Assembly: GCA_938005475.1 (NCBI GenBank)
Contig: CALLNY010000022.1
Location: 2,437-66,436 of the forward strand
DNA length: 64,000 bases
Source: an uncultured Bacteroidia bacterium
GTDB taxonomy: Bacteria; Bacteroidota; Bacteroidia; J057; CALLMJ01
Reading direction: 5' to 3'
The notes under the pieces were generated by a model. The model saw nothing but the letters and a program-made list of their open reading frames with translations. It ran no database searches and had not been told where the DNA came from. This document shows positions 20,851-30,758 of the stretch, piece by piece (positions within the stretch are counted from its first letter, which is position 1; the number at the start of each line of letters is the position of its first letter). Position numbers and translations under genes: made by a program.

Positions 20851-21879
20851 ATGATGAAATATAAAATTTTAGGAAGCAGTGGCTTGCGGGTATCCGAGAT
20901 TTGTTTAGGTACCATGACCTTTGGTTTAGAATGGGGAACAGGTGCAGATTATCAAGAATCTCGAAATATATTTTTTCATTATCTTGAGAAAGGAGGTAAT
21001 TTTTTTGATACGGCCAATCGTTACACAGAAGGAACTTCAGAAAGATGGCTTGGAGAATTTGTGAAAGAATCGGGGAGAAGGGAAGAACTTGTAATTGCTA
21101 CAAAATATAGTTTATTTACTGAACCTAATAAGTTTAATGATGGTGGTAATCACAGAAAAAATCTTATTCAATCCTTAGAAAAGAGTTTAAAACGCTTGCA
21201 AATGGATTATGTGGATATACTTTATTTACATGCGTGGGATTTTTCGACTCCTGTTGAAGAAGTTATGCGTTCATTGGAGTATTTGGTACAGTCAGGTAAA
21301 ATTTTACATATAGCTTTTTCAGATACGCCTGCTTGGGTAGTAGCTCAAGCGCAAACTATTGCGGAATTCAGAGGTTATTCTAAACTCTGTGCTTTACAAT
21401 TAGAATATTCTTTAATTACTCGCGATATTGAAAGAGAGTATTTTAAGATGTGTGAACAAATGAATCTTCCTATTTTAGCTTGGGCTCCCTTAGCTGGCGG
21501 TGCTTTGACCGGTAAATATCTAAAACCTGATTCTAATGAACCTAAACGCCTAAAACCTGAAAGTAAAAGACTTAATTCTAAAGCTATACAAATAACCCAA
21601 AAAGTAGTAGAAGTAGCCCAAAAGATGAATATAACGCCAGCACAAGTAGCTTTAAGATGGGTTATGCAGAAAAAAAATAATCTCGTTATCCCTATTATCG
21701 GTGCAAGGACTGTTCAACAATTACAACAATCCTTGAAGGTTCTTCATATAGAATTGACTGAAGACGTAACACAAGAACTCGATGAAGTTTCTAAAATAGA
21801 TTTAGGTTTTCCGATTGAATTTTTAGCTTCGGATAATGTAGTTAACTTACTATGGAATGGATTACAATATAAAATGTGA
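20851..21879 (+). CDS. Aldo/keto reductase
   Basis: LGTMTFG, FDTANRY, ATKY, SLKRLQMDYVDILYLH, WAPLAGG.LTGKY, PIIGAR. Confidence 0.95.
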   Translation: MMKYKILGSSGLRVSEICLGTMTFGLEWGTGADYQESRNIFFHYLEKGGNFFDTANRYTEGTSERWLGEFVKESGRREELVIATKYSLFTEPNKFNDGGNHRKNLIQSLEKSLKRLQMDYVDILYLHAWDFSTPVEEVMRSLEYLVQSGKILHIAFSDTPAWVVAQAQTIAEFRGYSKLCALQLEYSLITRDIEREYFKMCEQMNLPILAWAPLAGGALTGKYLKPDSNEPKRLKPESKRLNSKAIQITQKVVEVAQKMNITPAQVALRWVMQKKNNLVIPIIGARTVQQLQQSLKVLHIELTEDVTQELDEVSKIDLGFPIEFLASDNVVNLLWNGLQYKM

Positions 21880-21970
21880 GTAAAACTGTAAAAAAATCTG
21901 GTTTATAAGGTTACCTTTTCTAAAAAACATCATAAATACAACGAGCAAATAAGAGTAAGTAATTTTGAAT

Positions 21971-22010
21971 AGGGAGTGCTACATTTCAAATGAAATATGG
22001 CACTCTTTTT
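21971..22010 (+). terminator. Intrinsic terminator after aldo/keto reductase
   Basis: GGGAGTGCTACATTTC-AAAT-GAAATATGGCACTCTT followed by a T-run. Confidence 0.7.
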
Positions 22011-22198
22011 ATTTTGTCTGATAAAGTGAACAAAATCTTCATATCCACTTTAACTAATGGTTTTAAAATAAATTACACAAAAGATACTATTAGTAACAAA
22101 TATTTACAGTATAAACTACTTTAAATAGACTATTTTAAAGTGAAACTCATTTTTTACCGAAAAAATTTTTTTCTAAAACTGTGACTTCGTACCAAAAC

Positions 22199-22250
22199 GG
22201 GTTCATTGAGTAGCGTTACTTAATGAAATGGCGGCTTCGCTTACTCAGAC
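22199..22250. repeat. Degenerate REP-like remnant
   Basis: TTCATTGAGTAGCGTTACTTAATGAAA and CTTCGCTTACTCAG; same CATTGAGTAGCG core as the 10.9-11.2 kb elements. Confidence 0.5.
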
Positions 22251-22330
22251 TCTTTTCAGAAATCCCTTCTTAACATTAAAATTATAATTTCATCATAAAC
22301 AATTTGTTATGTAATTGTTCTTAAATTTTA

Positions 22331-22717
22331 TTACTTGTAATCAGAAATTTCCCTATTTTCAAGTTTATTTAAACGTTTATATATCTCAAAAATAGAATGT
22401 TCGTGCTGATTAACCTTTTCAATTAAACTTTTTAAATTGATTTTATCATTATGATTTTTTTCTGATTGGTTTTGATTGTCTTTACTAAATTTTACGTCAG
22501 TGATATTTTCTTCTTTTAATAGATTGAAAAAATCACAAGGGTCTATTTCAAGCACTTCCAGCATCTTTAATAATTTAGTAATTCCTACATCCGTTTGTCC
22601 TCTTTCAATTTTCCCATAAGCATTGGTTGAAACATTTAATTGCAATGCCATATATTCTTGGCTAAAGCCTTTTAACAATCTTAATTTTCTTAATAAGTTA
22701 CCTAAATCTGTTTTCAT
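22331..22717 (-). CDS. XRE-family helix-turn-helix transcriptional regulator
   Basis: LRKLRLLKGFSQEYMA.QL.VS.NAYGKIERG.TD, C-terminal coiled coil; start at ATG 22717. Confidence 0.88.
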   Translation of the reverse strand: MKTDLGNLLRKLRLLKGFSQEYMALQLNVSTNAYGKIERGQTDVGITKLLKMLEVLEIDPCDFFNLLKEENITDVKFSKDNQNQSEKNHNDKINLKSLIEKVNQHEHSIFEIYKRLNKLENREISDYK

Positions 22718-22960
22718 GTTTACAATCTGATTTAATTTTATTATTTGTTTTTTAATTAAGACAAAAATAGCTACTTTTTGAATATCTAGTAGCACTAAAT
22801 TGTTATAATTTACAACTTTTAGTTTTTTATTAAAATCTAATTTAGTGTAAGGTACAAAAATTTTAAAAAAAGCAACAAAAGTTTAATGAAAGCTATATAT
22901 GAAAATGCTTAATTGTGTGATTTGTATAATCTTCATATTCTTGCGGTTTGATTAAATTGG

Positions 22961-24340
22961 TTACTTTCCGATACAGAATTTACTAAAAATATTTCCTAAA
23001 ATTTCGTCGTTAGTAATTTCTCCAGTTATTGTTCCGAGATAATAAAGAACCTGACGTAAATCTTGAGCTATGAATTCGGTTGAAATACCGTTTTTCATTC
23101 CCTCCAAAGCTTGATTTAATGCTTGATAACAATTTTCTAATGATTCGTAATGTCTTGCATTAGTGATAATGGTTCCGTCAGTTTGTGTTAGGTTAATGGT
23201 GTATTCAAATAGACAATTTTTAAGAATGTCAATGGTTTGTGGTTTTTTACAACTTATTTTAATAGCACGAGAAGATAATTTTACTAAATTTTGATTAAAT
23301 TCAAAATTAGGGTTTAAATCTAGCTTATTGGCTACAAGAATTAAGTATAAATCCTTTAAAGGAAAGGATTGTAAATCTTCTAAGATTTGAGATTCGGAAG
23401 TATTAGAGCAATCAAATAAATAAATCAAAATACGAGCTTTATGAATTTTTTCGTAAGTTTTTTGTATACCAATTGTTTCAATGGTATCGGAGGTTTTTCG
23501 GATACCAGCAGTATCAATGAACTGAAATAAAATTCCATTAAGATTTAAAGTTTCTTCGATGGTATCACGCGTAGTCCCTGCGATATCGGAGACGATGGCA
23601 CGCTCCTCGTTCAATAAAAGATTTAGTAAAGAAGATTTGCCTGCGTTAGGTTGTCCAGCAATGACGGTGGGAATACCTTGCTTAATGACGTTTCCGTAAC
23701 GAAAAGAGTCTTTTAGTTCCTTTATTTTGTAATAAATTTGTAAAAGAGTATTCAGAAGTTGTTCACGGTCAGCAAATTCAACATCTTCCTCGCTGAAATC
23801 TAGTTCTAGCTCAAGCAGACTTGCTAAATCTAATAATTGAGTACGTAGGGATTTTAGGTCTTTTGAGAATCCCCCTTTTAATTGCTTTAAAGCGAGTTCA
23901 TGAGCTTTTTCGGATTGGGCATGAATCAAATCGGCTATGGCTTCGGCTTGGGTTAAATCTAATTTTCCATTTAAGAAAGCACGTAAGGTGAACTCACCAG
24001 GGTTCGCTAACCTTGCACCATATTGAATACAAGCTTCGATTACTTTCTTTAGAATCAATGGGTTACCATGACACGAAATTTCTATGACATCCTCACCAGT
24101 GTAAGAGTGTGGAGCTTTGAACAGACTTATCACCACTTCATCTAAAACCTTTTGATTTTCATCGTAAATTTTACCAAAGTGTAAGGTATGCGAGGGTAGC
24201 AAATTTAAGTTTTTATGCGGATATAATTTTTGTACGATTTCAAAAGTTTTTTTCCCTGATAAGCGAACGATACCGATGGCAGATACTACTTCTCCTGTTG
24301 CTGTGGCTACGATGGTATCATCTAGATGGAGCATATTCAT
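22961..24340 (-). CDS. mnmE: tRNA modification GTPase MnmE
   Basis: DTIVATAT, PHSYTGED, GEFTLRAFLNGK, GQPNAGKSS, GTTRD, DTAG, NKLD, C-terminal FCIGK. Confidence 0.98.
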   Translation of the reverse strand: MNMLHLDDTIVATATGEVVSAIGIVRLSGKKTFEIVQKLYPHKNLNLLPSHTLHFGKIYDENQKVLDEVVISLFKAPHSYTGEDVIEISCHGNPLILKKVIEACIQYGARLANPGEFTLRAFLNGKLDLTQAEAIADLIHAQSEKAHELALKQLKGGFSKDLKSLRTQLLDLASLLELELDFSEEDVEFADREQLLNTLLQIYYKIKELKDSFRYGNVIKQGIPTVIAGQPNAGKSSLLNLLLNEERAIVSDIAGTTRDTIEETLNLNGILFQFIDTAGIRKTSDTIETIGIQKTYEKIHKARILIYLFDCSNTSESQILEDLQSFPLKDLYLILVANKLDLNPNFEFNQNLVKLSSRAIKISCKKPQTIDILKNCLFEYTINLTQTDGTIITNARHYESLENCYQALNQALEGMKNGISTEFIAQDLRQVLYYLGTITGEITNDEILGNIFSKFCIGK

Positions 24341-26370
24341 TTTATTAGTTTAAGGATTACAAGTTCTGCGACAAGCATCATTAAACAAAATAGTACAAAA
24401 TATTTCCATAAAGGAGTTCCTGATTCAGATTGTTGTATCGATTGTGATAGAATATTAGAATTAGTGTCAAGGACAAGCCCATTTTGATTAAGGAAATCAC
24501 TTTGAGTAGGAGTAAGGTCAGACTCTGATACAGGCAAATTAAATCCGATACAAGCTAAAACGGAGTCACCTAGTAAGAGTTTGTAGTTACCAGGTTCAAG
24601 TTCTAATTTATTGAAATTGAGGCTTAAAATACCGGATTGGGGATATTGTTCGGGTATCCATTCGCGTTGGTCTTTTTGAAGTTTTACTAACTTTTTTGAG
24701 CTTACAGGAATTTTAAAAATATCGCTTTGTCCGATAGGCATTTGTAGAAACCATTTTTGGGCATTAGCTCCCAACCATAAAGCTTTGTAAATCAACGGAG
24801 CAAAAATAGAATTCGTTACAATATTAGACCATTTCAAACTCGGAAACCATGTAAAAGTAAATACTAAACCTGATCCAACTCTACTTTGTACTAATAAAGG
24901 TTCTTGGTTTTTTAATTTTAAAATTGTTTGATATAAACTTTCTTTATTAGGTTGAAAACTAAATAGTTTTAGGAAATCAGGGCTATCAAATTCTGCATTT
25001 TTTTTATTATTAACAAATACATCTCTGAAAAACGGCATTTCTACATCAGGATTTTCTAATAGTATTTTTTCCGTTGTAATTTGTAAACTCTTCCATTCAC
25101 CAATTTTAAGTTGATTATAAAAATTTTGAATATCTTTTAAATTCATTTCTTCATGAGGAAAGAAAAGTAACCCTCCGCCTTGTTTTATCCATTCAGTAAT
25201 TCTATTTGCGTTCCCATTAGAAAGTTCTTTTATTCCTTGTAAAATTAATATTTCATAATTATGAAGCTCTTCATTACTAAGTTCAGAACTACTAATAATT
25301 TTAACTTGAAAATTTGTTACAACGTTTAGCAAGAATTTTTCTAAGTAGGGCGAGATTTCAGAAGATTTCACTAATAAAATAGGGTGTTTTTCTGCTACAA
25401 AATAACAAAAATATCGGGTATTATCAAATTGAATGGGACTGTCTTCAATAGAAATTTTAGCTTGTTGCCAACCGGTTTCTTGTATAGTATAAGTTATGGA
25501 AGTAGTTTTAATTTCGTGAGGTTCTAAGCTCTCCGATGCAATAGATACAATTTTACCGTTGACCTCCGTTTGAATAGATAATTTTGTAATTTTTTCATCG
25601 GATAAATTTTGGATTTTTATATTCAATTGTATGGGTTTTCCTTTTTCAAAAACGGGAGTTTCAGGTTGAATTTCGGTGATAAAAATATTTTTGAATGTTT
25701 GGTTAGATAATGGAACAAAATGGACTTTGTAATCTTCAGACCATTTTTTTTCGGTAATTTCAGAAAGAAAGGTAGATTTTTGAAAATCGGAGATTAGATA
25801 AATAGATCGGTTTGGGCTACTAGCATTTTGAAATAGGAAAGGTAAAATTTCAATAAATTTTTTGTAACTAAAAGAATTTTGGTGGAAATTTATTTCTTGG
25901 ATACGCTCTAATGCTTCATTTTTGCGAATAAATGTGGTATTTAATCTTAATTTACCAGTAGTTTGAATTTGAAATTCATCGGTAGGGTCATAGGATTTTA
26001 TGATTTCTCGGGCTAGGAACTTTGCTTGCTCTAAATACATTCCTTTGGGATTCGAGGCAGACATGCTCAAAGAATTATCAACAAGAATAATTACTGAACG
26101 TTGCCCAGAAATACCTGTTGTAACTTGATGATTTTTGATTACGGGTGATGCGAATGCCAATACAAGCGAGGCTATTGCTAATAATCTTACTATTAGTAAT
26201 AGCCATTGCTTTAATTTGATACGTTGGGTTACTACTTTATCAACCTCTTTGATAAACTGTATATTGCTGAATAGTAGTTTTTTGGGCTTTTGGAAATTAA
26301 ATAAATGAACAAGAATAGGTACTATCAAAAATAGTAAGAACCAAAGTACCCATGGTTGTAAAAAAATCAT
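24337..26370 (-). CDS. BatA-domain / vWA membrane protein
   Basis: N-terminal FLQP..LW.L....VPILVHLF, vWA DNSLSM, C-terminal LWKYF..FCL..LVAE. Confidence 0.85.
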   Translation of the reverse strand: MIFLQPWVLWFLLFLIVPILVHLFNFQKPKKLLFSNIQFIKEVDKVVTQRIKLKQWLLLIVRLLAIASLVLAFASPVIKNHQVTTGISGQRSVIILVDNSLSMSASNPKGMYLEQAKFLAREIIKSYDPTDEFQIQTTGKLRLNTTFIRKNEALERIQEINFHQNSFSYKKFIEILPFLFQNASSPNRSIYLISDFQKSTFLSEITEKKWSEDYKVHFVPLSNQTFKNIFITEIQPETPVFEKGKPIQLNIKIQNLSDEKITKLSIQTEVNGKIVSIASESLEPHEIKTTSITYTIQETGWQQAKISIEDSPIQFDNTRYFCYFVAEKHPILLVKSSEISPYLEKFLLNVVTNFQVKIISSSELSNEELHNYEILILQGIKELSNGNANRITEWIKQGGGLLFFPHEEMNLKDIQNFYNQLKIGEWKSLQITTEKILLENPDVEMPFFRDVFVNNKKNAEFDSPDFLKLFSFQPNKESLYQTILKLKNQEPLLVQSRVGSGLVFTFTWFPSLKWSNIVTNSIFAPLIYKALWLGANAQKWFLQMPIGQSDIFKIPVSSKKLVKLQKDQREWIPEQYPQSGILSLNFNKLELEPGNYKLLLGDSVLACIGFNLPVSESDLTPTQSDFLNQNGLVLDTNSNILSQSIQQSESGTPLWKYFVLFCLMMLVAELVILKLIK

Positions 26371-26432
26371 ACTGCAAAATTACTACAAAAATAAAAAGAA
26401 ATAGTCTTTTGTTGAATGTTCTAAAATACAAC

Positions 26433-26461
26433 AGCCAGGTAACTGCAAGAATTACCTGGCT
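26433..26461 (-). terminator. Hairpin after secDF
   Basis: AGCCAGGTAA-N9-TTACCTGGCT. Confidence 0.6.
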
Positions 26462-26479
26462 TACTTGATAATAAACTTA

Positions 26480-29326
26480 TTAAGATTGAGTTTTTTGAGA
26501 AGTTTGGGAATTTAGTATTAAATCCATGGTAATGGGGCTTGCTACAAATATAGAGGTAATTACCCCTACAAAGAACCCAATAAGCATCGCAAACATAAAC
26601 CCTTTAATGACCTCACCGCCGAATAAAAATAAAATTAGGGCAGACAAAATGGTAGTTAAACTTGTGATTAACGTTCTGCTTAAAGTTTGGTTAATACCTG
26701 CGTTAAAAATTTTTTCGTAATCAAATTTAGACTTGGTATCGTTGATAATTTCGCGGATGCGGTCAAATACGACAACGGAATCATTAATATCATAACCTAC
26801 AACGGTTAGTATTGCGGCTATGAAAGATTGGTCTAATTCTAGGGAGAAAGGTAAGAAATCTAGATAGCTTAATAACGAGAAGAAGCCCATTACAGTAAAA
26901 ACATTAAAGATAAGCGAAGCAATAGCTCCCAATCCGAACTGCCAGCGAGTAAATCGGAGTAAGATGTATAAAAATATGATAATCAAACTGAAAATCACGG
27001 AGTAGTAAGCACCAACTACAATGTCTCTTGCAACAGTAGGACCGACTTTGGTAGATTTTACTATACGGGGATTAGGGGTAGAATTTTCTTTTTTAAGGGT
27101 TTCAATAATAATATTCGCAACTTTTTCGTCTGCATCTTGTTGATTAACAAGATAATTAGTGGTAATCATTATTTGATTTTTAGCTCCAACGGTTTTGATG
27201 ATAGGCATATTATTTTCGAAGGCTTGTGTCAAGCTTCCTCTGACTTTGTCTAACTGTACTTCGGCGTTATCATATTCTACGACGAATTGTCTTCCCCCGA
27301 CAAAATCTACTCCATATTTGAAGCCGAGCGTAAAAATGAAAGCGAGGTATGCCGCCATAAGACCACCAATAACGTAGTAGGTTTTTTTTCTTAATCCAAT
27401 GAAATTATAGTTAGCTTCGGTAAGTTTTTTGTATAATCCTGAGGTACCGAATTGTAATTTCTTTATACCATCTTCATTACGGATTAAGTATTCAATGAGC
27501 ACTCTTGTAACTAAAAGAGCGGCAATTAAAGTAGTTACGATACCAACCATTAAAGTTACAGCGAAACCTTTGATAGGACCTGTCCCAAAATTATAGAGTA
27601 CAAGACCTGTCAAGAAAGTGGTTGCGTTGGAGTCTAAAATAGCAGAAAGGGCTTTCGAGAAACCTTCGGAAACAGAGAATTTAATAGATTTACCTGCGGC
27701 AAGTTCTTCACGTATTCTTTCGTAGATTAAGATGTTGGCATCGACAGCCATCCCCATTGTTAGGACAATACCTGCAATACCAGGTAAAGTGAGTACAACA
27801 TTAAATGCAGAAGAGATACCAAAAATAAAGAACAAGTTAAAAATTAAAGCGATATCAGCTATAATACCTGCTGTTTTGTAGTAGAAAGCCATAAAAATAA
27901 TAACAATGATGAAGCCTGCTATGAAAGACAAAATACCTTGATGGATGGTATCTTGCCCAAGGGATGCACCAACAATTTCTTCACCTTCAATTCTTGCGGG
28001 AGCATCCATCTTTCCTGACGTTAGAATAGTTGCTAAATCTTTAGCTTCTTCTATGGTAAAATTCCCTGAAATTTGAGATTGACCATTCGGAATAACCGAG
28101 TTTACGGTAGGATAAGAATACACAAAACCATCCAGCACTACTGCGATAGATTTGTTAAGGTAATCGGTGGTCATTTTTTTCCATTTTTTTGCACCTTCAA
28201 CGTTCATACTCATAGACACGATAGGCATATTGCGGTTTTGGGGGTCGAAATCTTGTCGTGCATCAACAATAGTGCTTCCATCTAAGGGAGCTTTATTATC
28301 CCTATTAGTTTTGATGGATATCAAAGTAAGGTATTGGGAAGCGGCGGCTTCAGGTTTAGCTGTCCATAAAAAACGAATATCATCAGGCATCACATTTTGT
28401 ACTTCTGGTAATGCCAACATTTTGTTGACTTCTGCGGTATCGGAAATTAAAGCATAGCCTACAATAGGTTCGTTTCCTTTCATCCCCTCAAAATTGGGAA
28501 AAGCTAATTTGGCAAAAAGCGGATTTTCTTTTTTAAATTTTTCGCGTTTCTGCTCATCGGTCAATGCGGAATCTTTTTGTGTAGTATCAACAACTACTCC
28601 GTTGATTTTTCTTACTTCTTCATTTGCTTTTTCAAGGTATTTAAAGGATTCACTAATAGGATAAGTTGGCCAGAACTCTAATTGTGCAGTACCCCTTAAT
28701 AATTTTCTTACTCTGTCTGAATCTTTTACACCAGGTAGTTCAACCAAAATACGGTTAGAACCATACTTTTGTATGGTTGGTGAGGCGACACCGAAACGGT
28801 CTATACGTTTACGTAGGACATCAAAGGTTTGGTCAATAGCTTTATCAGCCTTATCTTTGAGAGCTTTAGCGATTTGGTCATCTGAAGCGTCAAAAGTCAA
28901 GCCTAATCCTTGAGCGAAGTAGGTAGCTAATTTGGCTTGAGGAGCTAATTCCTTAAAACTTTGTATGAATAAATCTACATAATTACTGCTGTTCGTGGAA
29001 GTTAATCCATTCGCTTTTGTAATAGCTTTGTTTACTAAAGTATCTTTGGGGTCGTAAGCATTGGCTCTAATAACCTCATCTATACCTACCTCCAAAGTAA
29101 CAAACATACCTCCTTGCAAATCTAGCCCCAAAGACATAGAATTTTCTCTGTATTTTTTGTAAGCATCGAAGTTCTCTTGGTCTTTGAACCATTCTACTCT
29201 TTGCTCGACGGTCATTTCATTAAGCATACTATCCGTGCTTAAACGCATTATTGTGTAGTACAAATTGTATGCACATATCAGTGCAAAAATCACTAATAAT
29301 GTTAAAACTAATCCTCTATTTCTCAT
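26480..29326 (-). CDS. secDF: Fused protein translocase subunit SecDF
   Basis: LGLDLQGG, RIDRFGV, TLPGIAGIVLT.GMAVDAN.LIYERIREE, GVDFVGG, GY.INDSVVVFDRIRE, TLSRT. Confidence 0.98.
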   Translation of the reverse strand: MRNRGLVLTLLVIFALICAYNLYYTIMRLSTDSMLNEMTVEQRVEWFKDQENFDAYKKYRENSMSLGLDLQGGMFVTLEVGIDEVIRANAYDPKDTLVNKAITKANGLTSTNSSNYVDLFIQSFKELAPQAKLATYFAQGLGLTFDASDDQIAKALKDKADKAIDQTFDVLRKRIDRFGVASPTIQKYGSNRILVELPGVKDSDRVRKLLRGTAQLEFWPTYPISESFKYLEKANEEVRKINGVVVDTTQKDSALTDEQKREKFKKENPLFAKLAFPNFEGMKGNEPIVGYALISDTAEVNKMLALPEVQNVMPDDIRFLWTAKPEAAASQYLTLISIKTNRDNKAPLDGSTIVDARQDFDPQNRNMPIVSMSMNVEGAKKWKKMTTDYLNKSIAVVLDGFVYSYPTVNSVIPNGQSQISGNFTIEEAKDLATILTSGKMDAPARIEGEEIVGASLGQDTIHQGILSFIAGFIIVIIFMAFYYKTAGIIADIALIFNLFFIFGISSAFNVVLTLPGIAGIVLTMGMAVDANILIYERIREELAAGKSIKFSVSEGFSKALSAILDSNATTFLTGLVLYNFGTGPIKGFAVTLMVGIVTTLIAALLVTRVLIEYLIRNEDGIKKLQFGTSGLYKKLTEANYNFIGLRKKTYYVIGGLMAAYLAFIFTLGFKYGVDFVGGRQFVVEYDNAEVQLDKVRGSLTQAFENNMPIIKTVGAKNQIMITTNYLVNQQDADEKVANIIIETLKKENSTPNPRIVKSTKVGPTVARDIVVGAYYSVIFSLIIIFLYILLRFTRWQFGLGAIASLIFNVFTVMGFFSLLSYLDFLPFSLELDQSFIAAILTVVGYDINDSVVVFDRIREIINDTKSKFDYEKIFNAGINQTLSRTLITSLTTILSALILFLFGGEVIKGFMFAMLIGFFVGVITSIFVASPITMDLILNSQTSQKTQS

Positions 29327-29405
29327 GATGTATAATTCTTAAAAATTGATAAATAAAATAATAAAAACTGCTTTATGCAGGTATAAAATATGAAGGCAAT
29401 TAATA

Positions 29406-29732
29406 TTATTGCGCTGAGGGAGGGGCGTTTGCCCAATATTTGTTTAATTTTTTTTCTGAGGGCAGTATAAAACGATAAGTCGCTAACTTAGTTGATATAA
29501 AAATCTTTGATATAAGATTTTTGGTATATTGAAATGGATTTTGGGTAGTTTGCTTTGATACATAAGAGACGGATTGAAGCGAATTTTGGATAGGGGATTG
29601 GGAATAAATGCTAGAATTTTTTTGATATAGTGTTTCGAGTTTTTTGATATAGTTAAGGTAAAACTTCGTTTTGTCTATTTTAGATATAGACATCCAAAGT
29701 ACAGGAATAAGAAGTATTACCTTAAAGTACAT
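29406..29732 (-). CDS. secDF leader ORF (108 aa), candidate translation-arrest peptide
   Basis: ATG at 29732, 8 nt after tRNA-Arg. Hydrophobic N-terminus MYFKVILLIPVLWMSIS; C-terminus KYWANAPPSAQ; stop 79 nt before the secDF ATG. Confidence 0.6.
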   Translation of the reverse strand: MYFKVILLIPVLWMSISKIDKTKFYLNYIKKLETLYQKNSSIYSQSPIQNSLQSVSYVSKQTTQNPFQYTKNLISKIFISTKLATYRFILPSEKKLNKYWANAPPSAQ

Positions 29733-29740
29733 AAAAATAG

Positions 29741-29814
29741 TGCGTTCGGAAGGATTCGAACCCTCAACCTTTTGATCCGTAGTCAAATGCTCTATCCAAT
29801 TGAGCTACGAACGC
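29741..29814 (-). tRNA. tRNA-Arg(ACG), no encoded CCA
   Basis: GCGTTCG-TAGCTCAATTGGATAGAGC-A-TTTGA-CT ACG GA-TCAAA-AGGTT-GAGGG-TTCGAAT-CCTTC-CGAACGC-A; promoter TAATTTTG at 29836-29829. Confidence 0.97.
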
Positions 29815-30023
29815 ATCAAATTGGCTTGCAAAATTAGAAGTATTTTTTTAAACAACAAACTTTTTAAAAAAATTTGGTATAAAATTAAAAATCCTACCTT
29901 TGATAGGCAGGACACAAAGAATTTAATGCTCAGAAATGAATATGTACTATACAAAATTATATTTTTTCTGGATAGATAAAATAATCTTACATGAGCGGTT
30001 AAAAGAAGTGATAGATAGCAACA

Positions 30024-30758
30024 TTATGCTTTTTGTTCGATTTTAATTAACCAATGGTCGAGTATAGATAGCAAAATATAAAACAAAATTGCCATAGCTA
30101 GCCCCATATATTGAAATAAGATTAATAAAATTCCAGAAGCTAAAATAAAAAGAAAACGTAGTTCATTTCCTTTCCAACCAAAATGTTTAACTTTTAAAGA
30201 GAAAAGCGGTAGTTCAACGATAAGTAAAATACTATTTACTATACAGACTATCGGGATAAACCAATTAGACTGAATGACTGTGGCAAAATTCCATAAATTT
30301 TGGAATTGGATTAGAGGTAAAGAACAAATAAAAATTGCGTTAGCAGGAGTAGGTAAACCAATGAAGGAGTCGGATTGTCGTGGATCGATATTAAATTTAG
30401 CAAGACGCAGTGCGGAGAATAAAGGGATTAAAGCAGGAGTAGATTTTAAGAGGGTCTCAAAAAAATTATTGCCATAAAAAGAGAGGAATTGTGGGTGCAT
30501 AAGTCTAAAAAGGATGAGTCCAGGAGCAACGCCAAAAGTAATTAGGTCTGCCATAGAATCTAATTCTTTACCCAAAGCAGTTTGTGCATTTAATTTTCTA
30601 GCAGCGAAGCCATCAGCAAAATCAAAAATTGTAGCAAACAAAATAAAATAAGCGGCGTCAATAATTCCATTAGGTTGAAATGAGGCAAATATCGATAAAC
30701 ACCCCAATATTAAGTTAATAGAAGTCAATAAGTTAGGTATATATTTTTTAATTTCCAT
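30024..30758 (-). CDS. pssA: CDP-diacylglycerol--serine O-phosphatidyltransferase (CDP-alcohol phosphatidyltransferase)
   Basis: PNLLT..NL, DFADGFAAR.L...T.LGKELDS.ADLITFGVAP, LRLAKFN, FIGLPTP. Confidence 0.88.
   Translation of the reverse strand: MEIKKYIPNLLTSINLILGCLSIFASFQPNGIIDAAYFILFATIFDFADGFAARKLNAQTALGKELDSMADLITFGVAPGLILFRLMHPQFLSFYGNNFFETLLKSTPALIPLFSALRLAKFNIDPRQSDSFIGLPTPANAIFICSLPLIQFQNLWNFATVIQSNWFIPIVCIVNSILLIVELPLFSLKVKHFGWKGNELRFLFILASGILLILFQYMGLAMAILFYILLSILDHWLIKIEQKA

Noticed and set aside
21974-22005. GAGTGCTA...TGGCACTC resembling CIRCE half-sites
   Set aside because: Arms are in the wrong order and spacing, it lies downstream of a gene, and it is followed by a T-run, so it is a terminator.
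29406-29740. Integrated element at the tRNA-Arg 3' ends (also 55580-55597)
   Set aside because: No integrase or partial att duplication was seen; the second similar sequence is a complete tRNA, and the intervening genes are housekeeping.
29733-29786. N-terminal extension MTTDQKVEGSNPSERTIF of the 126-aa ORF
   Set aside because: It is the translated tRNA-Arg sequence; the real start is ATG 29732.
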